Source of the DNA: Bacteroidota bacterium
GTDB taxonomy: Bacteria > Bacteroidota > Bacteroidia > JABDFU01
DNA length: 64,000 nt
Direction: 5' to 3'
Assembly: GCA_016183775.1 (NCBI GenBank)
Contig: JACPDY010000144.1
Coordinates: 6,185 to 70,184, forward strand
Shown here: positions 1 to 8,437 of the stretch, piece by piece
Layout of the letters: each line of letters starts with the position of its first letter
Position numbering within the stretch: the stretch's first letter is position 1
The notes under the pieces: model-generated
Seen by the model: only the letters and a program-made list of their open reading frames with translations
Told to the model about the DNA's origin: nothing
Databases searched by the model: none
Position numbers and translations under genes: made by a program

Positions 1-3000
1 AGAGGATATTCAACAGTTCTTGAAAAGCCAACCGGTCAGATTTTTGGAGAATAAGGGGCAGATGTATGATATGACGGGTAAACCGGTTTCTTTTGTATTG
101 TTTAAAGCTTCAGTTCCCGGAATGGATATGTATATTACCGAAAAGGGTCTTACTTATTCATTTGTTAAGTATGAGGAAGATCCTAAGGGTGAAATGCACG
201 CTGAAAAATATGATTCAGCAGGTGAAGAGAACCGGAAAGCTGAATTTCGTCGTGTTGACGTTGAGTTAAAAGGTGGCTCTGTTAAACGTGAAAATATTAT
301 TAAAGAGTTCCCATCGGTCGCTAACTATCATTTTTTCTATAGCCATTGCCAGGATGGAGTTTACGGCGTTAAAGAATACGAAAAAATAACTGTTAAAGAT
401 GTTTACCCTGGTATTGATTGGGTGTTTTACAATTCGGACGAAAAGGGTTTTAAATATGACTTCATTGTTCATCCGGGCGCCAACCCCAGCCTTATCAGAC
501 TTGCATACAGCGGTGCCGACCTTAAAAATATTAATGGTAATATTCAGATATCAACCTCGCTTGGTTTTGTTACGGATAACCGTCCTGTTTCTTATATTGC
601 CGCCACTCGCCAAAGTGTGGAATCTTCATTTGATCTTTCTGAACAAAATGAAATATCTTTTTCCATTGATAATTATTATACCTCTCAAACACTTGTTATC
701 GATCCTCAGATAAATTGGTACACCCGTGGGCAGATAGGGGGGTTTGGAGGAGTACTGGATATGGAAGTGAACCAGGTAAATGGAGATTTTGCTGTGACAG
801 GCTATTACCAGGGAATTGGTTATCCGCTGTTAAATCCGGGTGGAGGCGCATATTTTCAGACCAGCGGTCAGATCATTATAATGTTGTTTAATTCAAAGGG
901 TGTTTTAAAATGGTCTACTTTATATGGGTCTCCATCAGGTAATGCAGATAATTATGGTTATTCTATATGCTTTGATGCGGCCGGAAATATTTTTTTATCG
1001 GGCAGAGGTACTACAGCTGCTAATGGATTTCCACTACAGAATCCGGGTGGCGGAGCTTTTTATCTGGCTAATAATTCCGGGTTTAATACGATTATCTTAA
1101 AGTTCGACCCGAATGGAGTACGTTTATGGGCCACGCATTTCGGTTGGTCCTGGAATACATCCCAGGGTGGTCATGAAGTTGAAGTTGATGCAGCGGGAAA
1201 CCTTTTTGTGGTTGGATCCTGTGGGGGATCAGGTTCTACCACCGCTTTGCCAGTATTAAATCCGGGTGGAGGAGCCTATTTTCAGGGTACAGGATCTGCA
1301 AATGACAATATGTTTATTGCAAAATTCACTAACTCGGGCGTTCTTTTGTGGTCGACCTATTTTGCCGGTAGTGGCGGAAGTTCGGGAGCTGATCTGGCAA
1401 TAGATAATAATGGAAATATTTTTTGCACAGGTTATGCCGGTACAGGATTTCCTGTTCTATCAGCCGGAGGCTATTTCGATAATACGGTAAATGGAATAAG
1501 CGATGTGTTCGTTGTGAAATTCAATAATAACGGAGTTCTGCAATGGTCAACTTATTTTGGAGGTAATGGTAACGCCGATCAGGCCTTCGGAATTGATTGC
1601 GACAATTTGAATAATATAATTATAACCGGGGTAACAAATTCAACGGCCGCTTTTCCGCTTCAAAATCCGGGCGGCGGAGCTTATTACCAGGCAACCAATG
1701 CGGGAGTGAGTGATATTTTTGTTTCCAAATTCACTCCGGCCACAAACCTGTTTTGGTCAACCTACTATGGTGGTGCGGGTGATGATGTTGGTATAATATC
1801 CGCTGTTTTTGTTGGGGATGTTGTTACAGACAATTGCAATAATATATATGTAGTTGGAGCGACCAAAGCGCCCGCCACATTCCCTACGTACAACCCGGGC
1901 TGTGGATCTTTCTACTATAATTATGGCAACCAGGCGATTCTACGTTTTTCCCCGGCGGGAGTGCGGAGCTGGGCAACGTTGTATGGGGAAAGTAATTCTC
2001 CTGCAAGTCAAAGAGCAACAATGACCTGCGCGTATGATAAAAATTCCCGTTGCTTTTATACAGGTGGCGAAATTTATGGTCCTTCCGGACCTAACCCACC
2101 ACCGGTTGATCCGGGCGGTGGAGCTTATTTTAATAGCTATTTTGGTCAAACCGGAGATGATTCATTTATTGCCAAGTTCTCTCCCGATACTCTTAAGTTA
2201 AGTAGTACATTCTCTCCGCCTTCGGTATGTTCATGTAACGGTAGCGCAACAGTGAATATTACCAGTTGCGGAACACCTCCTTATAATTATAAATGGAGTA
2301 ATGGAAGCCAGGCGCTGAATGTTTTAACAGCAAGTAACACCCTTACAGGTCTCTGCTCCGGAAATTATTGGGTTGAAGTAACAGATGCCGCTTGCAATAA
2401 GGATACTGTTTTTTATACTTTTCCCGGAGGACTTTCTTTGAGCAGTACATCCGGAAATGTTATATGCGCAGGATCCTGCAACGGGAGTTCGACCATAACA
2501 CCGGCAGGGGGATCTTCTCCTTACGGCTACTTATGGAGCAATGGTCAAACTGCGCAAACCGCTACCGGACTTTGTACGGGCACTTACTCCGTAGTTGTGA
2601 CGGATGCAGCGAACTGCACTTCGGTTTTGAATGTTACAATAAATAAATTAACCGTCAGTACATCGCAGACCAATGTTTTATGCAGTGGAAATACAACAGG
2701 TAATGCTGTTGTATCGGTTGCGGGTAATACTGGAACCGTAACATACAGCTGGCTGCCTACAGGTCAAACTACAAAGTCAGTAACAGGATTGACTGCCGGA
2801 ATTTATACTGTAAGGATAACTGATGCGAACGGTTGTTCGTTAAATGAAAAAGTATATATTGATGAACCGGAGCCTTTGATCATTACTCCGACCAGTCAGA
2901 ATATCAGCTGCACCACAAGTGGAAGTGCCTCAATAAGTACAAGCGGAGGAATTATACCATATACTTATAGCTGGAACACTGGTCAGACAAGTTCAACTAT

Positions 3001-4009
3001 TTCGTGTCCTACCGCGGGGGACTATACTGTAACTTTGACAGATGCCAATGGATGTACAAGCAGTCAGGTGTTTAACATAACCGGAACTAGTCCCGTTTCA
3101 GCATCATTTACCACTTCATCGACATGCACAGGCAGTTCAGTAACCTTTACCAATACGGGTTCAACGGGCACCTATAGCTGGCTTATTTCACCGTTAAATC
3201 CAAACGTAAGCGGTACTACTACTAACTTTACGTATACTTTTTTAACGGCAGGGAGCTACAGCGTTACACATACAGTTAGTGACGGAACATGTAATAACTC
3301 CATCACAGAAACTATCACAATGATAAATTGTGCCGGTCCTGCAGTAACTGCAACAGGAAATTCAGTATGTTCAGGTAATTGCGCTACAGTGAGCTCCAAT
3401 GGAACAGGAGGCTCGGCTCCATACACCTATTCGTGGAGTAATGGTTCCACGACTCAGAATATTAATCCATGTCCTGTTTCAACCGCCACATACACAGTTA
3501 CAATAAAAGATGCGGGTGGAAATACATCCACTTCAATGGCTGTGGTAACTGTTAATCCTGCTGTGAGCGTGACAACTACTGTAACAAATATAAGTTGTAA
3601 CGGGGGAACAAATGGCAGCGCCAGTGCAAATGTGAGTAGTGGTACACCTGGCTATACATATAGTTGGAGCAACGTGTCGGGTTCCGGGTCAGTGGTTTCA
3701 GGTTTAACTGCCGGAACGTATTCGGTTATGGTAACGGATAGCAAGGGCTGTACTGCCTCATCAACTGTAAATATAGCCGCACCTCCTGCGCTGGCCGGAC
3801 AATTTGCCAAAGGAACTTCCAATTGTGCAGGTTGCGGGTGTAAAGAATGGATAATGATCAATGCTGCCGGTGGAACTAATCCATATTCTTATTCCTGGCC
3901 GGATGGCTATGTGAACAGGTACAAAAATCAACTTTGCCCGGGTGCTTACACTGTAAATATTAAGGATAAAAACGGTTGCAGTGTGAATGTTAACTTTACA
4001 ACGCCATGA
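1..4009 (+). CDS. Large cell-surface protein with SBBP beta-propeller repeats followed by SprB repeats; 5' end lies outside the window; ends inside a repeat with no T9SS C-terminal domain
   Basis: The reading frame is open from nt 2 (..EDIQQFLKSQPVRFLENKGQ), so the start is upstream of the window. There are at least 8 repeats of the NPGGGAYFQ..WSTYFGG type (SBBP/beta-propeller repeat), then at least 10 units of the SprB-repeat type (C..G..tV...GG..PYtYsWsnG......GL.aGtYtV.vtD..GC). The ORF stops (TTP*) in the middle of a SprB unit, and no type A or type B CTD follows. Confidence 0.7.
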   Translation, partial: EDIQQFLKSQPVRFLENKGQMYDMTGKPVSFVLFKASVPGMDMYITEKGLTYSFVKYEEDPKGEMHAEKYDSAGEENRKAEFRRVDVELKGGSVKRENIIKEFPSVANYHFFYSHCQDGVYGVKEYEKITVKDVYPGIDWVFYNSDEKGFKYDFIVHPGANPSLIRLAYSGADLKNINGNIQISTSLGFVTDNRPVSYIAATRQSVESSFDLSEQNEISFSIDNYYTSQTLVIDPQINWYTRGQIGGFGGVLDMEVNQVNGDFAVTGYYQGIGYPLLNPGGGAYFQTSGQIIIMLFNSKGVLKWSTLYGSPSGNADNYGYSICFDAAGNIFLSGRGTTAANGFPLQNPGGGAFYLANNSGFNTIILKFDPNGVRLWATHFGWSWNTSQGGHEVEVDAAGNLFVVGSCGGSGSTTALPVLNPGGGAYFQGTGSANDNMFIAKFTNSGVLLWSTYFAGSGGSSGADLAIDNNGNIFCTGYAGTGFPVLSAGGYFDNTVNGISDVFVVKFNNNGVLQWSTYFGGNGNADQAFGIDCDNLNNIIITGVTNSTAAFPLQNPGGGAYYQATNAGVSDIFVSKFTPATNLFWSTYYGGAGDDVGIISAVFVGDVVTDNCNNIYVVGATKAPATFPTYNPGCGSFYYNYGNQAILRFSPAGVRSWATLYGESNSPASQRATMTCAYDKNSRCFYTGGEIYGPSGPNPPPVDPGGGAYFNSYFGQTGDDSFIAKFSPDTLKLSSTFSPPSVCSCNGSATVNITSCGTPPYNYKWSNGSQALNVLTASNTLTGLCSGNYWVEVTDAACNKDTVFYTFPGGLSLSSTSGNVICAGSCNGSSTITPAGGSSPYGYLWSNGQTAQTATGLCTGTYSVVVTDAANCTSVLNVTINKLTVSTSQTNVLCSGNTTGNAVVSVAGNTGTVTYSWLPTGQTTKSVTGLTAGIYTVRITDANGCSLNEKVYIDEPEPLIITPTSQNISCTTSGSASISTSGGIIPYTYSWNTGQTSSTISCPTAGDYTVTLTDANGCTSSQVFNITGTSPVSASFTTSSTCTGSSVTFTNTGSTGTYSWLISPLNPNVSGTTTNFTYTFLTAGSYSVTHTVSDGTCNNSITETITMINCAGPAVTATGNSVCSGNCATVSSNGTGGSAPYTYSWSNGSTTQNINPCPVSTATYTVTIKDAGGNTSTSMAVVTVNPAVSVTTTVTNISCNGGTNGSASANVSSGTPGYTYSWSNVSGSGSVVSGLTAGTYSVMVTDSKGCTASSTVNIAAPPALAGQFAKGTSNCAGCGCKEWIMINAAGGTNPYSYSWPDGYVNRYKNQLCPGAYTVNIKDKNGCSVNVNFTTP

Positions 4010-4010
4010 G
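3946..4010. repeat. 65-bp perfect direct repeat, copy 1 (identical to 6713-6777); covers the last 20 codons and stop of the cargo gene
   Basis: ttacactgtaaatattaaggataaaaacggttgcagtgtgaatgttaactttacaacgccatgag is identical at both sites. The about 115 nt upstream of each copy are only about 70% identical, so there is a sharp homology boundary. Confidence 0.85.
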
Positions 4011-4191
4011 CTTTTTGGTTTTCCGGTTTTAAAATCGATCAATCTGTCTGCCTGAGGAGGAGCGGAAGCCGATTATTGATTCCGATTTCTATCACTGATC
4101 ACGGATTGCCAGGTCCTCACTACTTCTGTCTTACGCTTGTGCCGTAGCTTCAGCGTAGGAGCACGGCCGAGGAAGTTGCTCTTCGTCTGAT

Positions 4192-4455
4192 TCAGTCGGC
4201 AACTGGCTTGCTCTCAATTTTACTTTTCAGCCATGATATGAAATCAAACATTTCTAAAATCTTTGCTTCAAAGGTGTTTTTAGTGATCGCTTGCAATTCC
4301 ACTTGAAATTCTTTAAAAAATACAATAAGCTCTTTTCGTGAATTTGATTTGGGCAATTTATTCCGAATAAACCTAAGCATAGCACTTTCGGTTTTATACA
4401 ATCGTTTTCTTTTATGCAGAAAGCGATAAGTAGAACGAACGAGATAAGGCAACAA
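4192..4455 (-). CDS. Small basic hypothetical protein (87 aa), possible third gene of the cassette
   Basis: ORF lies 35 nt downstream of the 281-aa gene on the same strand. The N-terminus is Lys/Arg-rich and there is no recognisable domain. A second overlapping ORF in another frame makes the coding status uncertain. Confidence 0.25.
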   Translation of the reverse strand: MLPYLVRSTYRFLHKRKRLYKTESAMLRFIRNKLPKSNSRKELIVFFKEFQVELQAITKNTFEAKILEMFDFISWLKSKIESKPVAD

Positions 4456-4490
4456 TTCATCATTCCCTAATTCATAATGAATTATCAGAT

Positions 4491-5336
4491 TTAATATTCT
4501 TGCAAAGGCAGACTTGTCTGTATTTCTTTTTTAGGATAGAAAACTCCAATGATTACAAATGGATTGGGAGCTCTGCGTGTGTGCCATTCTTTAGTAGTCC
4601 CCAAAAACAAAAAAATATCTTTTTCTTTGAAAAATTCAGTTTCATATCGGTAACGTACTTTTTCCAAAGCCTCTTTTTCATTGCCTTCCGCAGCTCTCAA
4701 GCAATTCCAATATAAACTTCCAATTTCCCAATCTTCAATCATAAGTGTGCTGGAAACTCCTGCATCATCCAGAAAAGTGTAAGAGAATTTATAAGGCAAT
4801 TTTGGAATGAGTATTTCGGGTGATTTATCGGCATCAAATAAATCTTTTTGTTTCCGCAGTTCTTGCCATTCGTTTTTCCATTCTCGCTCATCTTCTTCAA
4901 TTTCAAAAGAGACAAGTTTCGATGGTTTAAATGTTGCAAGCGAAATATTTGAAGGGGCTTTAGAATCTGCCAGCAATTTAGCTTTGTTCGTATATATATT
5001 GGTAAGGCAATATTTTTTACGTTCCTGCCAATTATTTTTAGTGTCGATTTTACCTTCGATTTGAATATTTGAAAAATTATAATCGACAGGAGAGTGACTT
5101 TCTGGACGAAAGTCATCCTTTCTTTTTATCACGTCAAGTTCAATCCAGTTATACTTAAAAGATTCTACCTTCCCATCTTTACGAAGACCAGTTAAAAATT
5201 TTAATGGAACGGGATAAATTCGTATCCATTGCCCATCTTCTGAAACACCAGCAGTACAAACAAGCTCATCGTAGCTTCGAGAAGGCAGGGGATACGTAGC
5301 AACAGTTATTAAGATTTTTTTACGACCAGATTTCAT
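4491..5336 (-). CDS. Uncharacterised 281-aa protein, partner of the Panacea-DUF488 gene (start overlaps upstream stop: ATGA)
   Basis: Clean 281-codon ORF. Its ATG overlaps the TGA/TAA of the upstream gene at nt 5336, consistent with translational coupling. I recognise no motifs. There is no signal peptide or TM segment, so it is predicted cytoplasmic. Confidence 0.6.
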   Translation of the reverse strand: MKSGRKKILITVATYPLPSRSYDELVCTAGVSEDGQWIRIYPVPLKFLTGLRKDGKVESFKYNWIELDVIKRKDDFRPESHSPVDYNFSNIQIEGKIDTKNNWQERKKYCLTNIYTNKAKLLADSKAPSNISLATFKPSKLVSFEIEEDEREWKNEWQELRKQKDLFDADKSPEILIPKLPYKFSYTFLDDAGVSSTLMIEDWEIGSLYWNCLRAAEGNEKEALEKVRYRYETEFFKEKDIFLFLGTTKEWHTRRAPNPFVIIGVFYPKKEIQTSLPLQEY

Positions 5337-6220
5337 TAAATATGTTTTACTTCATATTCAAAGCTTGGCAGTGATTCGATGGCTTCCGCTAAATGCTTTC
5401 TATGACACTGGCATATATTAGCTTCGAAACAAGTTATAGCAATACGTTGATGTTGTTTCAATAGATTTAAAATGGCAGTCTGTGTAGGTTTTGTTTTTGT
5501 AAGGTTATCTTTACGATACACAGCAAACAGCTTATCATAGTCGTTTTGCGAATTTAACTCTTGACGCTGATTAGATTGGATACCTACTTCAGGGAAATGT
5601 AAATATTGTACGCCTACACTTTCACAATATCTTTTGAGCTGATTTTTACTAAAACCATACTTCATGCTTAGTGGATTGTTGCGAACATCCACCAGTATTT
5701 TCACATCGTTTTTAAGAAGGCGGTTTAAATATTCTTCCAGAGAAATACCTTCGTATCCTATAGTAAACAAAACAGTTTTATTACTTTGAGGTTTAGCCTT
5801 GTTTACTTTTTCCAGTTCATCCTTTGTCAAGATGCTTGTAGCCTTTACACTTTTAATAGCATAATATGGGTAGTTGATATATGTATGCTTCATCAGTGCA
5901 GTACTATCCATTTTACCATATAAGGTTTTTATTTCCATTAACCTTTTTTGGTCATCTTCTTTAAGTGCTTTCAGATAATCCGTCTTATCGGCTCTTTTAA
6001 AATGACTATCGGTTTCAGTTAACATACCCTTTTTTACCATCGTGAATAAATCAGCGTAAGCTGAAAAAGAAAAACACCCAAACTTATATGGGACAAAATC
6101 GTATTCGGTTTTTAATTGTTTTATGGTAAAGAGGAAAAGGAGTTTTTGAAGGGAAATTTTCTCCAGCTCACCGCCCAAAAGTTGTATTAAACCTAATATG
6201 ACTTTTCGTCTATAAAACAT
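5336..6220 (-). CDS. Fusion protein: N-terminal Panacea (DUF4065, SocA/PanA-like antitoxin domain) + C-terminal DUF488
   Basis: The N-terminal part (ISLQKLLFLFT...YDFVPYKFGCFSFSAYADL) matches the Panacea consensus (kLQKLLYf...y.a.k.GP). The C-terminal part (TIGYEGISLEEYLNRLLKNDVKILVDVRNNPLSMKYGFSKNQLKRYCESVGVQYLHFPEVG) matches DUF488 (TIGhs..s.eefl..L...gi..lvDVR..P.S..p.f....L...l...Gi.Y.h...LG). An AT-rich promoter-like spacer lies at 6221-6347. Confidence 0.6.
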   Translation of the reverse strand: MFYRRKVILGLIQLLGGELEKISLQKLLFLFTIKQLKTEYDFVPYKFGCFSFSAYADLFTMVKKGMLTETDSHFKRADKTDYLKALKEDDQKRLMEIKTLYGKMDSTALMKHTYINYPYYAIKSVKATSILTKDELEKVNKAKPQSNKTVLFTIGYEGISLEEYLNRLLKNDVKILVDVRNNPLSMKYGFSKNQLKRYCESVGVQYLHFPEVGIQSNQRQELNSQNDYDKLFAVYRKDNLTKTKPTQTAILNLLKQHQRIAITCFEANICQCHRKHLAEAIESLPSFEYEVKHI

Positions 6221-6347
6221 AATAGTATAAAGTTACGGCTTTAATTTGTAAGCATAATCGAGCCTCTGGAATTTATCTACGATAGCCTGTTAATAAAGAC
6301 TTTGCCTGAAAAATGTATTTTAAAAAAATGCACAGGGTATTTCTATT

Positions 6348-6776
6348 ATGACGGGGTACACTATGTCAACCAATTTTCCTGTCTTGGCCGGATTCCAAAT
6401 GTTTTTCGGAGGGGCGGGTGTTGCCGGTACCGGAGATGCCTTCGTTGTTAAGTTTGACCCTGTAGGTAAACGTCTTTGGGCAACTTATTATGGCGGAAAC
6501 GGTGATGTTAAATTAGTACTCATCACAGTTTGTAAAAAAGATAGCTTAACGAAAAGCAATTACATTACAACCACCAAAGGCACTGCCAACTGTACCGGTT
6601 GCGGTTGCAAACAATGGATAATGATTAATGCAACAGGCGGCACAAGCCCTTACTTCTACTCTTGGCCGGATGGGTACGACAAGAGATACAAGAACCAATT
6701 ATGCCCCGGAAATTACACTGTAAATATTAAGGATAAAAACGGTTGCAGTGTGAATGTTAACTTTACAACGCCATGA
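6348..6776 (+). pseudogene. Remnant of a paralog of the SBBP/SprB cargo gene (one degenerate propeller repeat fused to the terminal SprB unit)
   Basis: FPVLAGFQMFFGGAGVAGTGDAFVVKFDPVGKRLWATYYGG resembles an internal SBBP repeat of the first gene. The last about 60 aa are its C-terminal SprB unit, and the last 65 nt are identical. It is opened by an in-frame stop at 6321 and has no signal peptide. Confidence 0.5.
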
Positions 6777-6777
6777 G
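6713..6777. repeat. 65-bp perfect direct repeat, copy 2
   Basis: Identical to 3946-4010. Confidence 0.85.
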
Positions 6778-6779
6778 GG

Positions 6780-7115
6780 CTATTGTTGATCAGGCGCCAG
6801 GATTCCCATTTTATCGGCAAAGTGGCTGCAGTAATCTTTCAGATCATCTGTTATTTTGTCTTCTCCTGTAGCTTTTTTAAAAGTATCGGCCATCGATAAA
6901 AGACTTTGATGGAAAAAACGTTTCATTTCATCGATCGACATATCTTTTGTCCAAAGATCAATACGCAAAGTATTTTGTTCCCTGGCATCCCAAAGAGCGA
7001 TCATTACCGATTTGCTCTGACTTTTTTCGCTCCCATCACTCGTTTCCCAGTTTATTATTGAAGGCAGGTTGTGTTCATCCAGGTTGACTGTAAATTTTAT
7101 CTCTGAGGTCTTCAT
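6780..7115 (-). CDS. gldC: Gliding-motility-associated protein GldC-like (111 aa)
   Basis: Small acidic cytoplasmic protein. EIKFTVNLDEHNLPSIINWETSDG ... LRIDLWTKDMSIDEMKRFFHQSLLSMADTF matches my memory of the GldC family signature. The context is gliding/T9SS genes. Confidence 0.5.
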   Translation of the reverse strand: MKTSEIKFTVNLDEHNLPSIINWETSDGSEKSQSKSVMIALWDAREQNTLRIDLWTKDMSIDEMKRFFHQSLLSMADTFKKATGEDKITDDLKDYCSHFADKMGILAPDQQ

Positions 7116-7400
7116 TTATCTATAACTTTTCTTGTGCTTAACGAAAGTAACAAATTATGTGAATCATTAGAGTTTATATCGAATAAGCTTTTGGCGTTTG
7201 TGCTTTAATCGCAATTGGATTTTGGTCACCAAAGCCTGTCTCCATCGGGCGAACTGATTTATCCGAATGAATTTAAAGCAGTCTAGAAGTTTTTCAACCC
7301 TCTTTTAGAGAATTTTGGGCCTGCCTGACAGGCTTTCGTCATTTGGTGGCATTTTACTCATAGTAAAATTCTTACATTTGTGCATTAAGTAATTATAAAC

Positions 7401-8372
7401 ATGGAAACAAAAGCACCAACGCCCGAAGTAAAACCTGAAGTCCAAAACATTAAGCAGGAGGAGAGGGAGGAAAAAAAATCGGGTAAAAGAATAATTCTTA
7501 TTTTGCTTTTATTGATTTCGTTTGCAGGAAATGGCATTTTGGCGTGGATGTATTGGCAGGAAAGAAACCGTGCAAATATTGTTATCACTGAGAAAGAAAC
7601 AATTATTGTTGAACGCGAGAATGTAAAGGCTGATCTTATTCAATTGCAGGCAGATTATGGGGAATTAAAAACCACCGATGAAAAAATTCAAACAGAATTG
7701 GAAGAGAAAAGGGCTGAAATAGCCCAATTAATTGTAGAAGCCGACAAGCATAAAAATGATGCCTACTTTATTTCGAAACTTAAAAAGGAAACAGAAACAC
7801 TGCGTAAGATCATGCAGGGGTATGTTCATACGATAGATTCTTTGGGTACAATGAATAAAACATTGCTGACCGAGAATGTTCATGTACGCACACAATTTTT
7901 AAGTGAAAAGGAAAAGGCTGCTCAATTATCAAGAGAAAAGGAAGACCTGCAGGGAGTTGTTAATACTGCGTCAATACTAAGGGCAAACGGAACAAAAGCA
8001 ATGGGGGTAAATATTCGCTCAGGCGGAAAAAAGGAATCAGAAACAAAACGGGCGCATAAAACCGATAAAATAAAAGTATCGCTGACTATTGGCGAGAATA
8101 CAATAGCAAAGAAGGGTACCCGCGATGTGTTTCTGCGTATTTTAACTCCTGATGGTAAAGAATTGGCACGTGCGTTGGATGACGCAAATAGCTTTTCTTT
8201 CAGAGGGGTAAGAGGCTTTTTCTGTGCACGTCAAACCATCAATTACGATAATAAAGAAGTTCCACTAGTGCTGTATGCCGAGAATAAAGCCGGCTATATT
8301 CCCGGAAAATATATTGTGGAGGTATATTGTGAACAAGCTTTGATCGGACAGACCACGCTTTTGTTAGAATAG
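7401..8372 (+). CDS. Membrane-anchored coiled-coil protein, hypothetical
   Basis: Lys/Glu-rich N-terminus, one TM helix (IILILLLLISFAGNGILAWMYW), an approximately 150-aa predicted coiled coil, then a C-terminal globular region. No known motif was recognised. Confidence 0.55.
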   Translation: METKAPTPEVKPEVQNIKQEEREEKKSGKRIILILLLLISFAGNGILAWMYWQERNRANIVITEKETIIVERENVKADLIQLQADYGELKTTDEKIQTELEEKRAEIAQLIVEADKHKNDAYFISKLKKETETLRKIMQGYVHTIDSLGTMNKTLLTENVHVRTQFLSEKEKAAQLSREKEDLQGVVNTASILRANGTKAMGVNIRSGGKKESETKRAHKTDKIKVSLTIGENTIAKKGTRDVFLRILTPDGKELARALDDANSFSFRGVRGFFCARQTINYDNKEVPLVLYAENKAGYIPGKYIVEVYCEQALIGQTTLLLE

Positions 8373-8437
8373 TTCAAGGTTCAAAGTTCCTGCAAGGTCG
8401 AAAATTGAACCTTGAACTTTGAACCCGGAACCAAGTA

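Noticed and set aside
266-713. Short ORFs (266-472 minus; 399-713 plus) inside the first large gene. Similar nested ORFs occur inside sprA (e.g. 29246-29455, 31589-32602, 33446-33901), the 1591-aa gene, the amidohydrolase genes and others.
   Set aside because: All of them overlap long, motif-supported coding frames on the other strand or in another frame, and their sequences are low-complexity. They are treated as spurious.
4011-4190. Possible tRNA or tmRNA in the GC-rich spacer.
   Set aside because: No GGTTCGANTCC-type T-loop or acceptor-stem pairing was found by eye.
6348-6776. 142-aa ORF as an independent functional gene.
   Set aside because: It has no signal peptide, is opened by an in-frame stop, and consists of one degenerate propeller repeat plus a copy of the upstream gene's last SprB unit. 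It is called a remnant or pseudogene.
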